A DNA stretch of 64,000 nt. It comes from Candidatus Gottesmanbacteria bacterium. GTDB lineage: Bacteria; Patescibacteriota; Microgenomatia; 2-02-FULL-39-11. Below the pieces are notes generated by a model. That model had not been told where the DNA came from and ran no database searches. It saw nothing but the letters and a program-made list of their open reading frames with translations. The translations under genes were made by a program, and so were the position numbers. This document shows positions 49,783-58,913 of this stretch, in pieces (position 1 is the stretch's first letter; each line of letters starts with the position of its first letter). The stretch lies in NCBI GenBank assembly GCA_016195685.1, contig JACPZE010000020.1, positions 85,725 through 149,724 on the forward strand, given 5' to 3'.

Positions 49783-50838
49783 ATGGTTTTCTCTAAAAAA
49801 ATAAATGTAGCAATCGTAATCCCACCAATATCTGGTCATAAATTGCGTGGTGTTGGTGTTTACTCAGAAGAGTTATATAAAGCTATTAATAAGGATGGTA
49901 GAGTAAATATCGAAAAGGTAGAACTTAAAAAAGATATCTCAAGATTTGATGTAGTTCATTATCCTTACTTTGACCCTTTCTTCCTCACGCTCCCCGTTTT
50001 TAAAATTCGACCTACTATAGTAACAGTGCATGATTTGATACCTTTTAAATATCCTAGTCAATTTCCAAAAGGAGTAAAAGGAGAATTAAAATGGCTAATT
50101 CAAAAATATTCTTTACAAAACTCATCCGCCATAATTACAGATTCATATACCTCAAAAAAAGATATTATTCATTACGGGCGGATAGATGAGGAGAAAGTTA
50201 ATATCATTTATCTTGGGGTAAGAAAAGAGTTTAAGTTATTGAAATCAACGAGTATTCTTAATCAAATCAGAAAAAAATATAATTTACCAAGCAATTTTAT
50301 ACTTTACGTAGGGGATGTTAATTACAACAAAAATATTACAGGTATTATCAGAACGTTTGCAAAAATTGTTAACAATCTTCAATCCCTAGGTTTAGTATTA
50401 GTAGGAAATGGGTTTATAAATAATTCATTACAATTATCAGAGATCCTTACCTTAATTTCAGAATTAGGGTTGAATAAAAAAATATTACGATTGGGATATG
50501 TAGAAATACACGATCTAGCAGCAATTTACAATTTAGCAAAAATCTACCTGCAGCCATCTTTTGCAGAAGGATTCGGTTTACCAATTGTTGAGGCAATGGC
50601 TTGTGGATGTCCAGTTATTGTGAGTAATACTTCCAGTTTGCCTGAAATAACCCACGATGCGGCGACTTTGGTTAACCCAGCTAATATAGATGATATTGTG
50701 AATGCCGTTATAAAGGTTGTTAAAGGCAAAATTTTAAGAGAAGAATTTATTCAAAAAGGGTTAGAAAGAGTGAAATTATTTACTTGGGATAATTGTGCTA
50801 GTCAAACAATAAAAGTATATAAAGAAGTTTTACGATGA
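49783..50838 (+). CDS. GT4 glycosyltransferase (MtfB/WbpX-like)
   Basis: GVG.Y, TVHDLIP, ILYVG....KN, PS..EGFGLP.VEAMACGCPV..SN.SSLPE, FTW..CA. Confidence 0.9.
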   Translation: MVFSKKINVAIVIPPISGHKLRGVGVYSEELYKAINKDGRVNIEKVELKKDISRFDVVHYPYFDPFFLTLPVFKIRPTIVTVHDLIPFKYPSQFPKGVKGELKWLIQKYSLQNSSAIITDSYTSKKDIIHYGRIDEEKVNIIYLGVRKEFKLLKSTSILNQIRKKYNLPSNFILYVGDVNYNKNITGIIRTFAKIVNNLQSLGLVLVGNGFINNSLQLSEILTLISELGLNKKILRLGYVEIHDLAAIYNLAKIYLQPSFAEGFGLPIVEAMACGCPVIVSNTSSLPEITHDAATLVNPANIDDIVNAVIKVVKGKILREEFIQKGLERVKLFTWDNCASQTIKVYKEVLR

Positions 50839-51959
50839 ATTTATTTGTATTTGCCGTTTTTATTATATGGAGAGTATGGCTTTTTTTTGTTGCCGCAGTA
50901 GGAGAAAAAATACTAGCATTTACTCCCAGATTTCCTTATTCGGATGTGTACTTCATTCCGTCGCATTTACCCAGTTGGTTATGGGGCTTTGCAAATTTCG
51001 ATGGAGTACATTATCTAACAATAGCTAAATTTGGTTATTCTGCTCAATTTACTCAAGTTTTTTTTCCACTTTATCCGATGATGGTAGGATTTATTAACCA
51101 GTTATTACAAAAGGTAAATCCGGTTATAATTGGTTTGTTAATCTCGAATTTATTATTCTTTCTGAGTTTACTGATCTTAACAAAATTATTATCACTGGAT
51201 TATAAAGTGGATACAATTAAATGGATTTTACTATTCCTAATTTTTTTTCCCACTTCTTTTTTCTTCGGAAGCCTTTATACGGAAAGCTTATTTTTATTTT
51301 TGATCCTTACTGCATTTTATGCGGCGCGTAAAAATCAATGGTTAGCAGCTTCAATTTTTGGCGTTTTGGCATCCTCCACCAAATTTATTGGCATATTTCT
51401 TCTGCCGGCATTACTGTGGGAATGGCAGGAACAAAAAAGAAAAAAAATCACTACAATTTTCCGTTCGCCGCTTTCCTTAATTCCGGTGGGATTATTATCA
51501 TATATGCTTTATCTACAGGTAAAATTTGGTGATTGGCTTTATTTCTGGCATGCCCAGCCTGTATTTGGTGCCCAGAGAAGTGGAGGAGGAGTAATTTTAA
51601 TACCTCAGGTTTTGTGGCGCTATATGAAAATATTGACCAGCGTTTCCTATAAAACCGAGGCTTTTTGGATACCACTTTTAGAGCTGATTTCAACTTTGGG
51701 AGTAATCACTTTGCTAATTATGGCCTTTAAGAAAAAAATAAGATCGTCATACTTAGTTTTTTCGTTTCTTACAATCATTACGCCTACCTTTACTGGGACC
51801 TTCTCGAGTATGCCTAGGTATATTTTGGTAGCATTTCCTATATTTATTGTCCTTGGTATGTTAAAATCAAGGCTAATTAAAGGCATTTTTCTGGCTATAT
51901 TTTCGGTGTTACTTCTTGTTTTAACAATACTTTTTACCAGAGGACATTGGGTATCATAA
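50835..51959 (+). CDS. PIG-V/GT76-like GT-C mannosyltransferase
   Basis: NFDG.HY..IA..GY, FFPLYP, SN, FP.SFF....YTESLF, GD.L.F..AQ, SMPRY....FP. Confidence 0.78.
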   Translation: MNLFVFAVFIIWRVWLFFVAAVGEKILAFTPRFPYSDVYFIPSHLPSWLWGFANFDGVHYLTIAKFGYSAQFTQVFFPLYPMMVGFINQLLQKVNPVIIGLLISNLLFFLSLLILTKLLSLDYKVDTIKWILLFLIFFPTSFFFGSLYTESLFLFLILTAFYAARKNQWLAASIFGVLASSTKFIGIFLLPALLWEWQEQKRKKITTIFRSPLSLIPVGLLSYMLYLQVKFGDWLYFWHAQPVFGAQRSGGGVILIPQVLWRYMKILTSVSYKTEAFWIPLLELISTLGVITLLIMAFKKKIRSSYLVFSFLTIITPTFTGTFSSMPRYILVAFPIFIVLGMLKSRLIKGIFLAIFSVLLLVLTILFTRGHWVS

Positions 51960-51965
51960 ATATTC

Positions 51966-52646
51966 ATGAAACTACTTATTGGCATACCCGCTTATAATGA
52001 AGAACTGATGATAGGTAATGTTATCGAATCATTGCCGAAGAGAATTCCTGACTTTGAAAAAGTTGACATACTTGTAGTTGATGATGGTTCTTCCGATAAC
52101 ACACGTAAAGTTGCAAAAGATTGTAAAGCAATAGTTTTATCACATATAATAAATCGTGGCCTTGGGGCAGCTCTAAAAACCATTCTTGCTTATGCGAAAA
52201 TTAATGATTACGATATTTTAATTACCTTTGATGCGGATGGTCAGCATAACCCAAAATATATTAAAAGGATACTAGAATCTATACTTGATCATAAAGCTAA
52301 CATTGTAATCGGAAGTAGATGGAAAGACATAAATGATGCACCACGGAGTCGGATAATTGTTAATCAAATAGCTAATATAATTACTTTTTTACTTTTTGGA
52401 GTTAAAACTTCTGATTCACAATCTGGACTCAGAGTACTAGATAAAAAATCAATTACAAATATTAAATTATTTTCTGATGGCATGGAAGTATCGAGTGAGT
52501 TTTTCAAGGAAATTTATAGAAATAAATTGATTTATAAAGAAGTTAAAATCGATGCAATTTATACGAAATATTCTATTGCCAAAGGTCAGCAATTAACCAA
52601 TGCGCCTAGTATTTTATTAAATTTAATATTAAGATTACTAAGATAA
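51966..52646 (+). CDS. DPM-like GT2 (polyprenyl-phosphate HexNAc synthase-like)
   Basis: PAYNEE, VVDDGS.D.T, H..NRGLGAAL.T, TFDADGQH, IGSR, DSQSGLR, Y..YS..KGQ; precedes a DUF2304-like gene. Confidence 0.82.
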   Translation: MKLLIGIPAYNEELMIGNVIESLPKRIPDFEKVDILVVDDGSSDNTRKVAKDCKAIVLSHIINRGLGAALKTILAYAKINDYDILITFDADGQHNPKYIKRILESILDHKANIVIGSRWKDINDAPRSRIIVNQIANIITFLLFGVKTSDSQSGLRVLDKKSITNIKLFSDGMEVSSEFFKEIYRNKLIYKEVKIDAIYTKYSIAKGQQLTNAPSILLNLILRLLR

Positions 52647-52651
52647 ATAAT

Positions 52652-53014
52652 ATGAGCTTGACTCTGACGCAAATACTTCTGACTTTATTTTTAATATTTG
52701 CTATAAGTAGGGTAGTACTACGGTTTAAAGATGGAGAGGTGTCATGGTTGGCTCTTTTATTCTGGGTTACCCTTTTTAGTTTAGCTATCATTGCAATCTT
52801 ATTGCCACAAATTACAAGTGAATTAGCATGGATTTTAGGGGTAGGTAGGGGAGCAGATGCGGTAATTTATATATCCATAGTCTTGCTTTTTTATTTAGTT
52901 TTTCGCCTTTATGTATATCTTGGCGATTTAAGACACGATATTACCGAATTAATAAAAGAAATTGCATTAAAAGATCTACCCAAACGACATGACAAGAAAA
53001 CTTCCAAAGATTAG
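52652..53014 (+). CDS. DUF2304-like small membrane protein
   Basis: 120 aa, 3 TMs, W, P......A..LGVGRGAD...Y, C-terminal IT.L..EIAL helix. Confidence 0.8.
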   Translation: MSLTLTQILLTLFLIFAISRVVLRFKDGEVSWLALLFWVTLFSLAIIAILLPQITSELAWILGVGRGADAVIYISIVLLFYLVFRLYVYLGDLRHDITELIKEIALKDLPKRHDKKTSKD

Positions 53015-53792
53015 TGTCATTACTCCTTCATATAATCAGGGGAAATTTATCCAACAAACCATAGAATCTGTCCTTTCCCAAAACTATCCAAATATTGAAT
53101 ATGTAGTTATGGATGGAGGATCTAAGGATCAGACAATAAAAATATTGGAAAAATATAAAGATAAACTTAGTTGGATTTCAGAAAAAGACAAAGGTCAGTC
53201 AGATGCTATAAATAAAGGACTAAAAACAACTTCAGGAGAAATTGTTGCTTATATCAATTCAGATGATTATTACATACCTGGAAGTTTTCTTACAGTTGGG
53301 AAATTTTTTTCAGAAAATAAGGATGCTTATTGGCTGACCGGAAAATGTAAAATCGTTGATGAAGATGGACTTGAAGTAAGAGGAGTAGTCACTTTTTATA
53401 AAGATTTGTTCTTGAAATATTTAAGATTTAAAAATATTTTATATATCGTTCAGTTTATATCACAGCCGGCAACTTTTTGGCGAAGGGAATTACTTGATCA
53501 AATAGGATTTTTTGAAGAGAGACTCGATTATGATATGGATTATGATTATTGGTTAAAGATCTGGCAAAAATATAAATTGTATTATTTGGATGAATATTTA
53601 GCTTCCTATAGAGTACATAATTTGTCGAAAGCCGTAGTTTCAGCAAAGACGCAGTTTGAAACAGCTTACAAAATCACCAAGAGATATACCCGCTCTAAAT
53701 TAATTTTGGTATTACATCAAATGCATGCTAAGCTTGCCCAGGTTATCTATAGAAAATTTTGGATAAAAAATGAAAAGAATACTTACACATGA
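52989..53792 (+). CDS. GT2 glycosyltransferase (WcaE/WfgS-like)
   Basis: SVITPSYNQ..FI..TI.SV..Q.Y, DGGS.D, SE.D.GQSDAINKG, NSDD, QPATFWR, MDYD.W. Confidence 0.9.
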   Translation: MTRKLPKISVITPSYNQGKFIQQTIESVLSQNYPNIEYVVMDGGSKDQTIKILEKYKDKLSWISEKDKGQSDAINKGLKTTSGEIVAYINSDDYYIPGSFLTVGKFFSENKDAYWLTGKCKIVDEDGLEVRGVVTFYKDLFLKYLRFKNILYIVQFISQPATFWRRELLDQIGFFEERLDYDMDYDYWLKIWQKYKLYYLDEYLASYRVHNLSKAVVSAKTQFETAYKITKRYTRSKLILVLHQMHAKLAQVIYRKFWIKNEKNTYT

Positions 53793-55291
53793 AAAAGATA
53801 AGATATCTATTTATTTCACTGGTTATTATGAGTCTGCCTTTCAGGCTTTACCATCTGAATTATCCGCTCTTAGATGCAACTAATTTTAGACAAACTCAGA
53901 CAGCTACGATAGCCTTGAACTTTTATAAATACGGTATTAACTTATTTGGTTCGCAACTTGATATATTTGGCATAGGAAAAGAAAAATATCTTACCTTAGA
54001 ATTTCCTTTATATGAAGCAGTAGTGGCATCTTTATATAAAATTGGTTTTAGTGAGGTATGGGGAAGGGTTGTTTCGATAATTGCGGGATTTGTTGGCGCA
54101 TATTTTTTATTTAAACTTACTTTATTGATACTTGATACTTGGAAAGTAGCGTACTTTTCCGCTTTCTTCTTTTTATTTGCCCCATTGAATATGTTTTATG
54201 AGCGTACCTTTATGATCGAGCCTACATTGATAGCGTGTCTCCTTGCTGGTCTATACTATTTTTGTTTGTGGAACGAAAAGCAAAATAAAATTCACTTAGT
54301 TTTCTCAATTATTTTTTTAACATTTGGTTTTATCCAAAAAGCCTTATACGGGCCATTCTGGCTTCTTCCTATATTGGCATATTTTATAAGAAAAAAAACT
54401 TCACGCTTCCATAAGTTTTTTAAATTTATCTTATTTGCAGCTATCCCGTTGATTATATTGATAGTTTGGCAGGAATATGCAAATTATATAAATACTCAAA
54501 ATGGGCATGAATACTTTACTTCTGGTAATATCAAACAATTAATATGGAATTTTGGCCTGCTGGAGGATAGATTTTCATTCTCGATGTGGCAGCCGCGTCT
54601 CCAGCAGTTAGTTGATGGAATTTTTCTTAAACCGGGACTTATTATTTTTCTCTTAGGTTTGGTAAGTGGACTTTATTTGAAAAATACTCGTTTCTTTTAT
54701 GCATGGATCGCCTCGCAAATACTATATTTCTTAATTGTATTCAGAATTCAATCCCATAATTATTATCAGATGATAATGATCCCAGCAGCTTCGGTGTTTA
54801 TGTCGATAGGCTTAATAAAATTATCTGATTGGATATCTTTGGGACTTCGAGAATTGAAATTTAATCATATAAACACAAAACACACGAAAACTGTCTTTTT
54901 GACTTTATTTTGCGCATTTTTTATTTTGAGATCATGGATGCATACTAGATGGGATTTTTATCTAGATTGGAAATGGTATAACAGATTATTATTAGTAGGG
55001 AAATCTGTACACCCAAATAAATATGGGATACTTATCAACCCGGGGTATGATTGGAATTCTAGTTATACCTACTACCCACGTCTCAAAGCATTACTTGTAT
55101 CGGTTGAAGATGTTTCGCCTGCAAGTATAGGGAAATTGCAACAGACTGGATATTCATACTTGATACTTCATGATGATACTCAATATCCAGGCTATCTAAA
55201 GGGGATCAATCGTGAGGTTAGCTTGGATTTTTTACAAAAATACAAGCAGGTTTTGAATCTTGAAGATTTTAAGGTATACCTTTTCAAATAG
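53789..55291 (+). CDS. GT-C membrane glycosyltransferase (ArnT-like, RQ-loop subtype)
   Basis: FR, D..NFRQTQTA.IA.NF, LEFPLY, GR..S, P......R.FM.E, K, H.YYQ; polytopic. Confidence 0.72.
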   Translation: MKKIRYLFISLVIMSLPFRLYHLNYPLLDATNFRQTQTATIALNFYKYGINLFGSQLDIFGIGKEKYLTLEFPLYEAVVASLYKIGFSEVWGRVVSIIAGFVGAYFLFKLTLLILDTWKVAYFSAFFFLFAPLNMFYERTFMIEPTLIACLLAGLYYFCLWNEKQNKIHLVFSIIFLTFGFIQKALYGPFWLLPILAYFIRKKTSRFHKFFKFILFAAIPLIILIVWQEYANYINTQNGHEYFTSGNIKQLIWNFGLLEDRFSFSMWQPRLQQLVDGIFLKPGLIIFLLGLVSGLYLKNTRFFYAWIASQILYFLIVFRIQSHNYYQMIMIPAASVFMSIGLIKLSDWISLGLRELKFNHINTKHTKTVFLTLFCAFFILRSWMHTRWDFYLDWKWYNRLLLVGKSVHPNKYGILINPGYDWNSSYTYYPRLKALLVSVEDVSPASIGKLQQTGYSYLILHDDTQYPGYLKGINREVSLDFLQKYKQVLNLEDFKVYLFK

Positions 55292-55303
55292 TCTAAAAAT
55301 CGA

Positions 55304-55309
55304 TATAAT
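55304..55309 (+). promoter_or_regulatory. Putative -10 element (near-leaderless transcript)
   Basis: Perfect TATAAT 8 nt before ATG 55318; weak -35-like TTTTCA 17 bp upstream (55281-55286). Confidence 0.5.
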
Positions 55310-55317
55310 CTACATTT

Positions 55318-56340
55318 ATGATAAATACAAAATTCTGGAGCAAGAAAAAAGTTCTGGTTACCGGAGTTTCTTTTATTGGCTCACATCTTGTTGACAGATT
55401 GGTTGAGATGAATGCGGATATTACGGTAGTTAATCTTACCCGTAAGCATATTTCAAATATAAAAAGGCATATAGATAAAAAAAGAATTAAATTTTATACT
55501 CGTGATCTTCGTGATTTAGAGAATGCAAAGAAAAGCGTCAAGGGTCAAGATTTGGTTTTTCATCTAGCATGTGATCATGGAGGGAGGGGATATGTAGAGC
55601 TTCATCAGGGTGCAACAGCTTCAAATTTTCTTCTTGACGGATCAGTTTTTTATGCGGCTTTAAATGAGGGCGTTAAGAAAGTAATTTTTGCTTCATCTGG
55701 TTGTGTTTATCCAAATTCTTTACAAACAAATCCTAAAGAAACAATTTATTTAAAAGAAGATCTGGTTAAACCTCCATATGATTCCGATAATATGTATGGT
55801 TGGGGCAAACTAATGGGAGAATTAACATTACAGGCATACTATAAGGATTTTGGATTAAAATCAGCAGTGTGTAGGTATTTCACTGTTTTCGGGGAAAGAG
55901 GAATTGAAAACCATGCAGTGATAGCTATGATTGCTCGTGCTTTTGTTAAACAGAACCCTTTTGATGTTTGGGGGACAGGAGAACAGATTAGAAACTGGAC
56001 TTATGTTGGGGATATTGTGGACGGTACCCTTTTGGCGGCAGAAAAAATAAGCGATTCTACCGCCGTGAACCTAGGAACAATGGAACGTACAAGAGTGTTA
56101 GACGCAGTTGAAGAAGTTCTAAAATATACAGGTCATCGTGCAAAAATTGTACCACATCCCGAGATGCCTACAGGTCCCTACAACAGAGTAGCTGATAATT
56201 CAAAAGCTGAGAAACTGCTTGAATGGACACCAAAAGTAAAATTTATGGATGGATTACATAAAACCATAGACTGGTATTTTAAAACAAAAGATAGACAATT
56301 TGTTTCTAAACAACTTGCTAAACTTCTTACAGAAAGATGA
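55318..56340 (+). CDS. NAD-dependent epimerase, GDP-mannose 3,5-epimerase-like
   Basis: HLACDHGGRGY (compare GME LAADMGGMGF), ASSGCVYP, YGWGK, VWG.G.Q.R; Rossmann motif reads TGVSFIG. Confidence 0.68.
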   Translation: MINTKFWSKKKVLVTGVSFIGSHLVDRLVEMNADITVVNLTRKHISNIKRHIDKKRIKFYTRDLRDLENAKKSVKGQDLVFHLACDHGGRGYVELHQGATASNFLLDGSVFYAALNEGVKKVIFASSGCVYPNSLQTNPKETIYLKEDLVKPPYDSDNMYGWGKLMGELTLQAYYKDFGLKSAVCRYFTVFGERGIENHAVIAMIARAFVKQNPFDVWGTGEQIRNWTYVGDIVDGTLLAAEKISDSTAVNLGTMERTRVLDAVEEVLKYTGHRAKIVPHPEMPTGPYNRVADNSKAEKLLEWTPKVKFMDGLHKTIDWYFKTKDRQFVSKQLAKLLTER

Positions 56341-56383
56341 TTTTCTTAGCACTTATTTAATATTTATTAAATAGCAATAGTTA

Positions 56384-57013
56384 ATGTTTAAAATACTTCA
56401 TGATTCTTTAGCAACGCCATGGAAGGTATCCAACGAAATTTTCAGGGTACTAATTTACCCATTGGTCCGTTTCAAATTTGCTCTTTCTGGTGCTGGATGG
56501 GGTAAAGGTTGGAAAATATATGGTATGCCAAATTTGCAAATTACAAGAGGTGCAAAGTTGTCAATCGGAGAGGGTTTACAATTACGATCGTGGATATCAA
56601 GTAATCCGTTGGGGTCAAATCACCCAGTAATAATTAGCATAAGAAGACATAATGCTAGAATTACTATTGGGAATAAATTTGGTATGTCGGGAGGATCTAT
56701 AGTTTCAGAAAAAAGTATAAAAATTGGAAATAGAGTACTAGTTGGAGCAAATTGTATTATTATTGATTCTGATTTTCATCCTTTGGACTATCAAAATCGC
56801 GCCAATCCTGAAAATTCCGGAAAAGTATTATCAGTAATTATAGAAGATGACGTATTTATAGGCATGGAAACAATTATTTTAAAAGGTACACATATTGGAG
56901 CCCGTAGTGTTATAGGTGCTGGTAGTGTGGTCTCTGGGAAAGTACCCGCTGATGTCTTAGCAGCAGGTAATCCCATCAAAATTATAAGAAAATTGGATAC
57001 TGCCTCAAAATGA
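56384..57013 (+). CDS. Hexapeptide-repeat O-acyltransferase
   Basis: IGNRVLVGAN..I.DSDFHP, IEDDVFIG...IILKG..IG..SVIGAGSVV...VP....AAGNP. Confidence 0.88.
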   Translation: MFKILHDSLATPWKVSNEIFRVLIYPLVRFKFALSGAGWGKGWKIYGMPNLQITRGAKLSIGEGLQLRSWISSNPLGSNHPVIISIRRHNARITIGNKFGMSGGSIVSEKSIKIGNRVLVGANCIIIDSDFHPLDYQNRANPENSGKVLSVIIEDDVFIGMETIILKGTHIGARSVIGAGSVVSGKVPADVLAAGNPIKIIRKLDTASK

Positions 57014-57039
57014 AACCTAAAAATTAAATTCTATTAAAT

Positions 57040-58218
57040 GTGTTATACAATATTTTACATGTTATTCCTTATTTTGCGCCCGCTTGGGGTTTTGGAGGCC
57101 CAGTTAGGATTTCCTGGGATTTAGCGAAGAAATCTTCCTCTGTTGGTCATAAAGTAACTGTCTTTACAACTACAATATCAGATGGAAAAACAAAAGAATT
57201 TGCTTCAGGAGAAGAATTTATTAACAATATTAGAGTGGTAAGATTTCCCAACGATAATAACTGGGCAGCGAGCCAAAAAATATGGAATCCAAAAGGATTA
57301 TCTGAGCAGCTAAATAAAGAGATAAAACAATTCGATCTTATATGTCTTCATGAATACAGAACATTGCTAAATGTCCAGGTTAGTAAATTAGCTCTACAAA
57401 ATAAGACTCCCTATTTTTTATTTGCATATGGCACTATACCCAGAGGAGACGGTTGGAAAGTATTGGCTAAATTTTTATTTGATAAATGCTGGGGTTATAA
57501 AATGATTAAAAATGCCAACCGAGTATTTGCGCAAACAACAAATGAGAAGTCAGAATATCGCAAATCTGGTGTCTCTCCCCAAAAAATAAGTATGTTTCCA
57601 CTAATGGTGAATTTAGATGAATTTAAGATCTTGCCAACAAAAAAATATGCAAGGGAAAAGTTTAATTTTTCTCAGAAAGATTTCGTTATATTATTTTTAG
57701 GGAGACTTCATAAGTATAAAGGTATAGAGTTAATTATACGTGCTGTAGAGGGGCTAAAAAATAAAATTCCTAATTTAAAATTATTAATAGTGGGTAATGA
57801 TGAAGGATATCTTCCGATAATCAAACAGGTTATTAAGAAAAAAAATCTTGGCGCTTTTATAAAAATTTCTCCACCTTTATACGAAAAGGAAAGACTATTT
57901 GCATATTGTGCGTCAGATTTGTTTGTTTTGACTCCTTATTTCTATGAAGAAACTTCACTTGCAGCTTTAGAGGCACTTGCCTGTGGAATACCGGTTATAG
58001 TCACAAAGCAAGCAGAAATTCCTCACCTTGTCCAATATCATGCAGGATATATTATCAAACATGATGAAGATATATTAATCGAGAATATTAATTATTTCTA
58101 CGAAAATAAAAAACATATGCACTTTTGGAGTCTGAATGCCAAAAAGCTTATAAAACAAAAATATAATCTTGGCCACTTGTATTATCAATTTGAGCAATAT
58201 ATCCAAAGCATTTTATGA
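57040..58218 (+). CDS. GT4 glycosyltransferase
   Basis: PAWGFGGP, GH.V.V.TT, LFLGRL...KG, EETSLAALEALACG.PV; GTG start. Confidence 0.87.
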   Translation: MLYNILHVIPYFAPAWGFGGPVRISWDLAKKSSSVGHKVTVFTTTISDGKTKEFASGEEFINNIRVVRFPNDNNWAASQKIWNPKGLSEQLNKEIKQFDLICLHEYRTLLNVQVSKLALQNKTPYFLFAYGTIPRGDGWKVLAKFLFDKCWGYKMIKNANRVFAQTTNEKSEYRKSGVSPQKISMFPLMVNLDEFKILPTKKYAREKFNFSQKDFVILFLGRLHKYKGIELIIRAVEGLKNKIPNLKLLIVGNDEGYLPIIKQVIKKKNLGAFIKISPPLYEKERLFAYCASDLFVLTPYFYEETSLAALEALACGIPVIVTKQAEIPHLVQYHAGYIIKHDEDILIENINYFYENKKHMHFWSLNAKKLIKQKYNLGHLYYQFEQYIQSIL

Positions 58219-58913
58219 AAAATAGGAAAACTTTAATCCAGGAAAAACAATATAAGGAGTCCAAAAGAGGAGATATAAATAAGATCAGGCAATTTTTAGA
58301 TAAATATTCAACATACAGAGAAGATAAAGCCCTTGATCTTCTTAGAGCAGGAAACAAAGTACTTGATATCGGATGTGGTGATGGATTATTACTTGCAAAA
58401 TTATCCTCAAAATACAAATCTTTGTGGGGATTAGATATTTCGCAAAGTAGACTTAAAAGAGCTAAAGAAAATTTATTTAAAAAAGGACTATTTGGGAAAA
58501 GTCATATGATCGCAGCAGATTTCGATGAGAAACTACCATTTAGGTCTTGCTTCTTTGATTCAGTGGTTTGTATTGCAACTTTGGAAACAAGTATAGATCC
58601 ATATCATCTGTTACATGAAATAAACAGAATCATGCTTTCCGGCGGTATATTAATTATTCAAGTATCAAATATGGCATTTTTTCCCAGAAGAATCTCACTA
58701 ATGCTAGGTAGAATGCCTAAAACCTGGGAAGCAGAAGGCCTTTGGAACGGTGGCGCACTGCACTATTTTACAAAGTCCTCCCTGAAAGATTTATTACAGG
58801 AGAGTGGATTTATGGTAACGACGATAAAATGTACAGGGTTTCTGTCAAATATTCGCAATTTTTGGGTATCGCTTCTCGGAGCAGATATTATCATAAAAGC
58901 TATTAAAAAATGA
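58215..58913 (+). CDS. Class I SAM-dependent methyltransferase
   Basis: VLDIGCGDG, GLDIS, LPF...FD, EI.RI...GG, H.F. Confidence 0.88.
   Translation: MKNRKTLIQEKQYKESKRGDINKIRQFLDKYSTYREDKALDLLRAGNKVLDIGCGDGLLLAKLSSKYKSLWGLDISQSRLKRAKENLFKKGLFGKSHMIAADFDEKLPFRSCFFDSVVCIATLETSIDPYHLLHEINRIMLSGGILIIQVSNMAFFPRRISLMLGRMPKTWEAEGLWNGGALHYFTKSSLKDLLQESGFMVTTIKCTGFLSNIRNFWVSLLGADIIIKAIKK

Noticed and set aside
7277-50888. A8/T8 homopolymer runs as phase-variation switches (e.g. 16501, 17801, 19881, 23421, 50881)
   Set aside because: The runs are short, expected in AT-rich Phe/Lys-rich genes, and all reading frames are intact; no long G/C tracts were seen.
4829-55291. Literal annotations such as lipid A L-Ara4N transferase, pterin synthase or protoporphyrinogen oxidase
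   Set aside because: No arnABD, lipid A, pterin or haem genes are present in the window; the similarities are fold-level and the context is glycan assembly.
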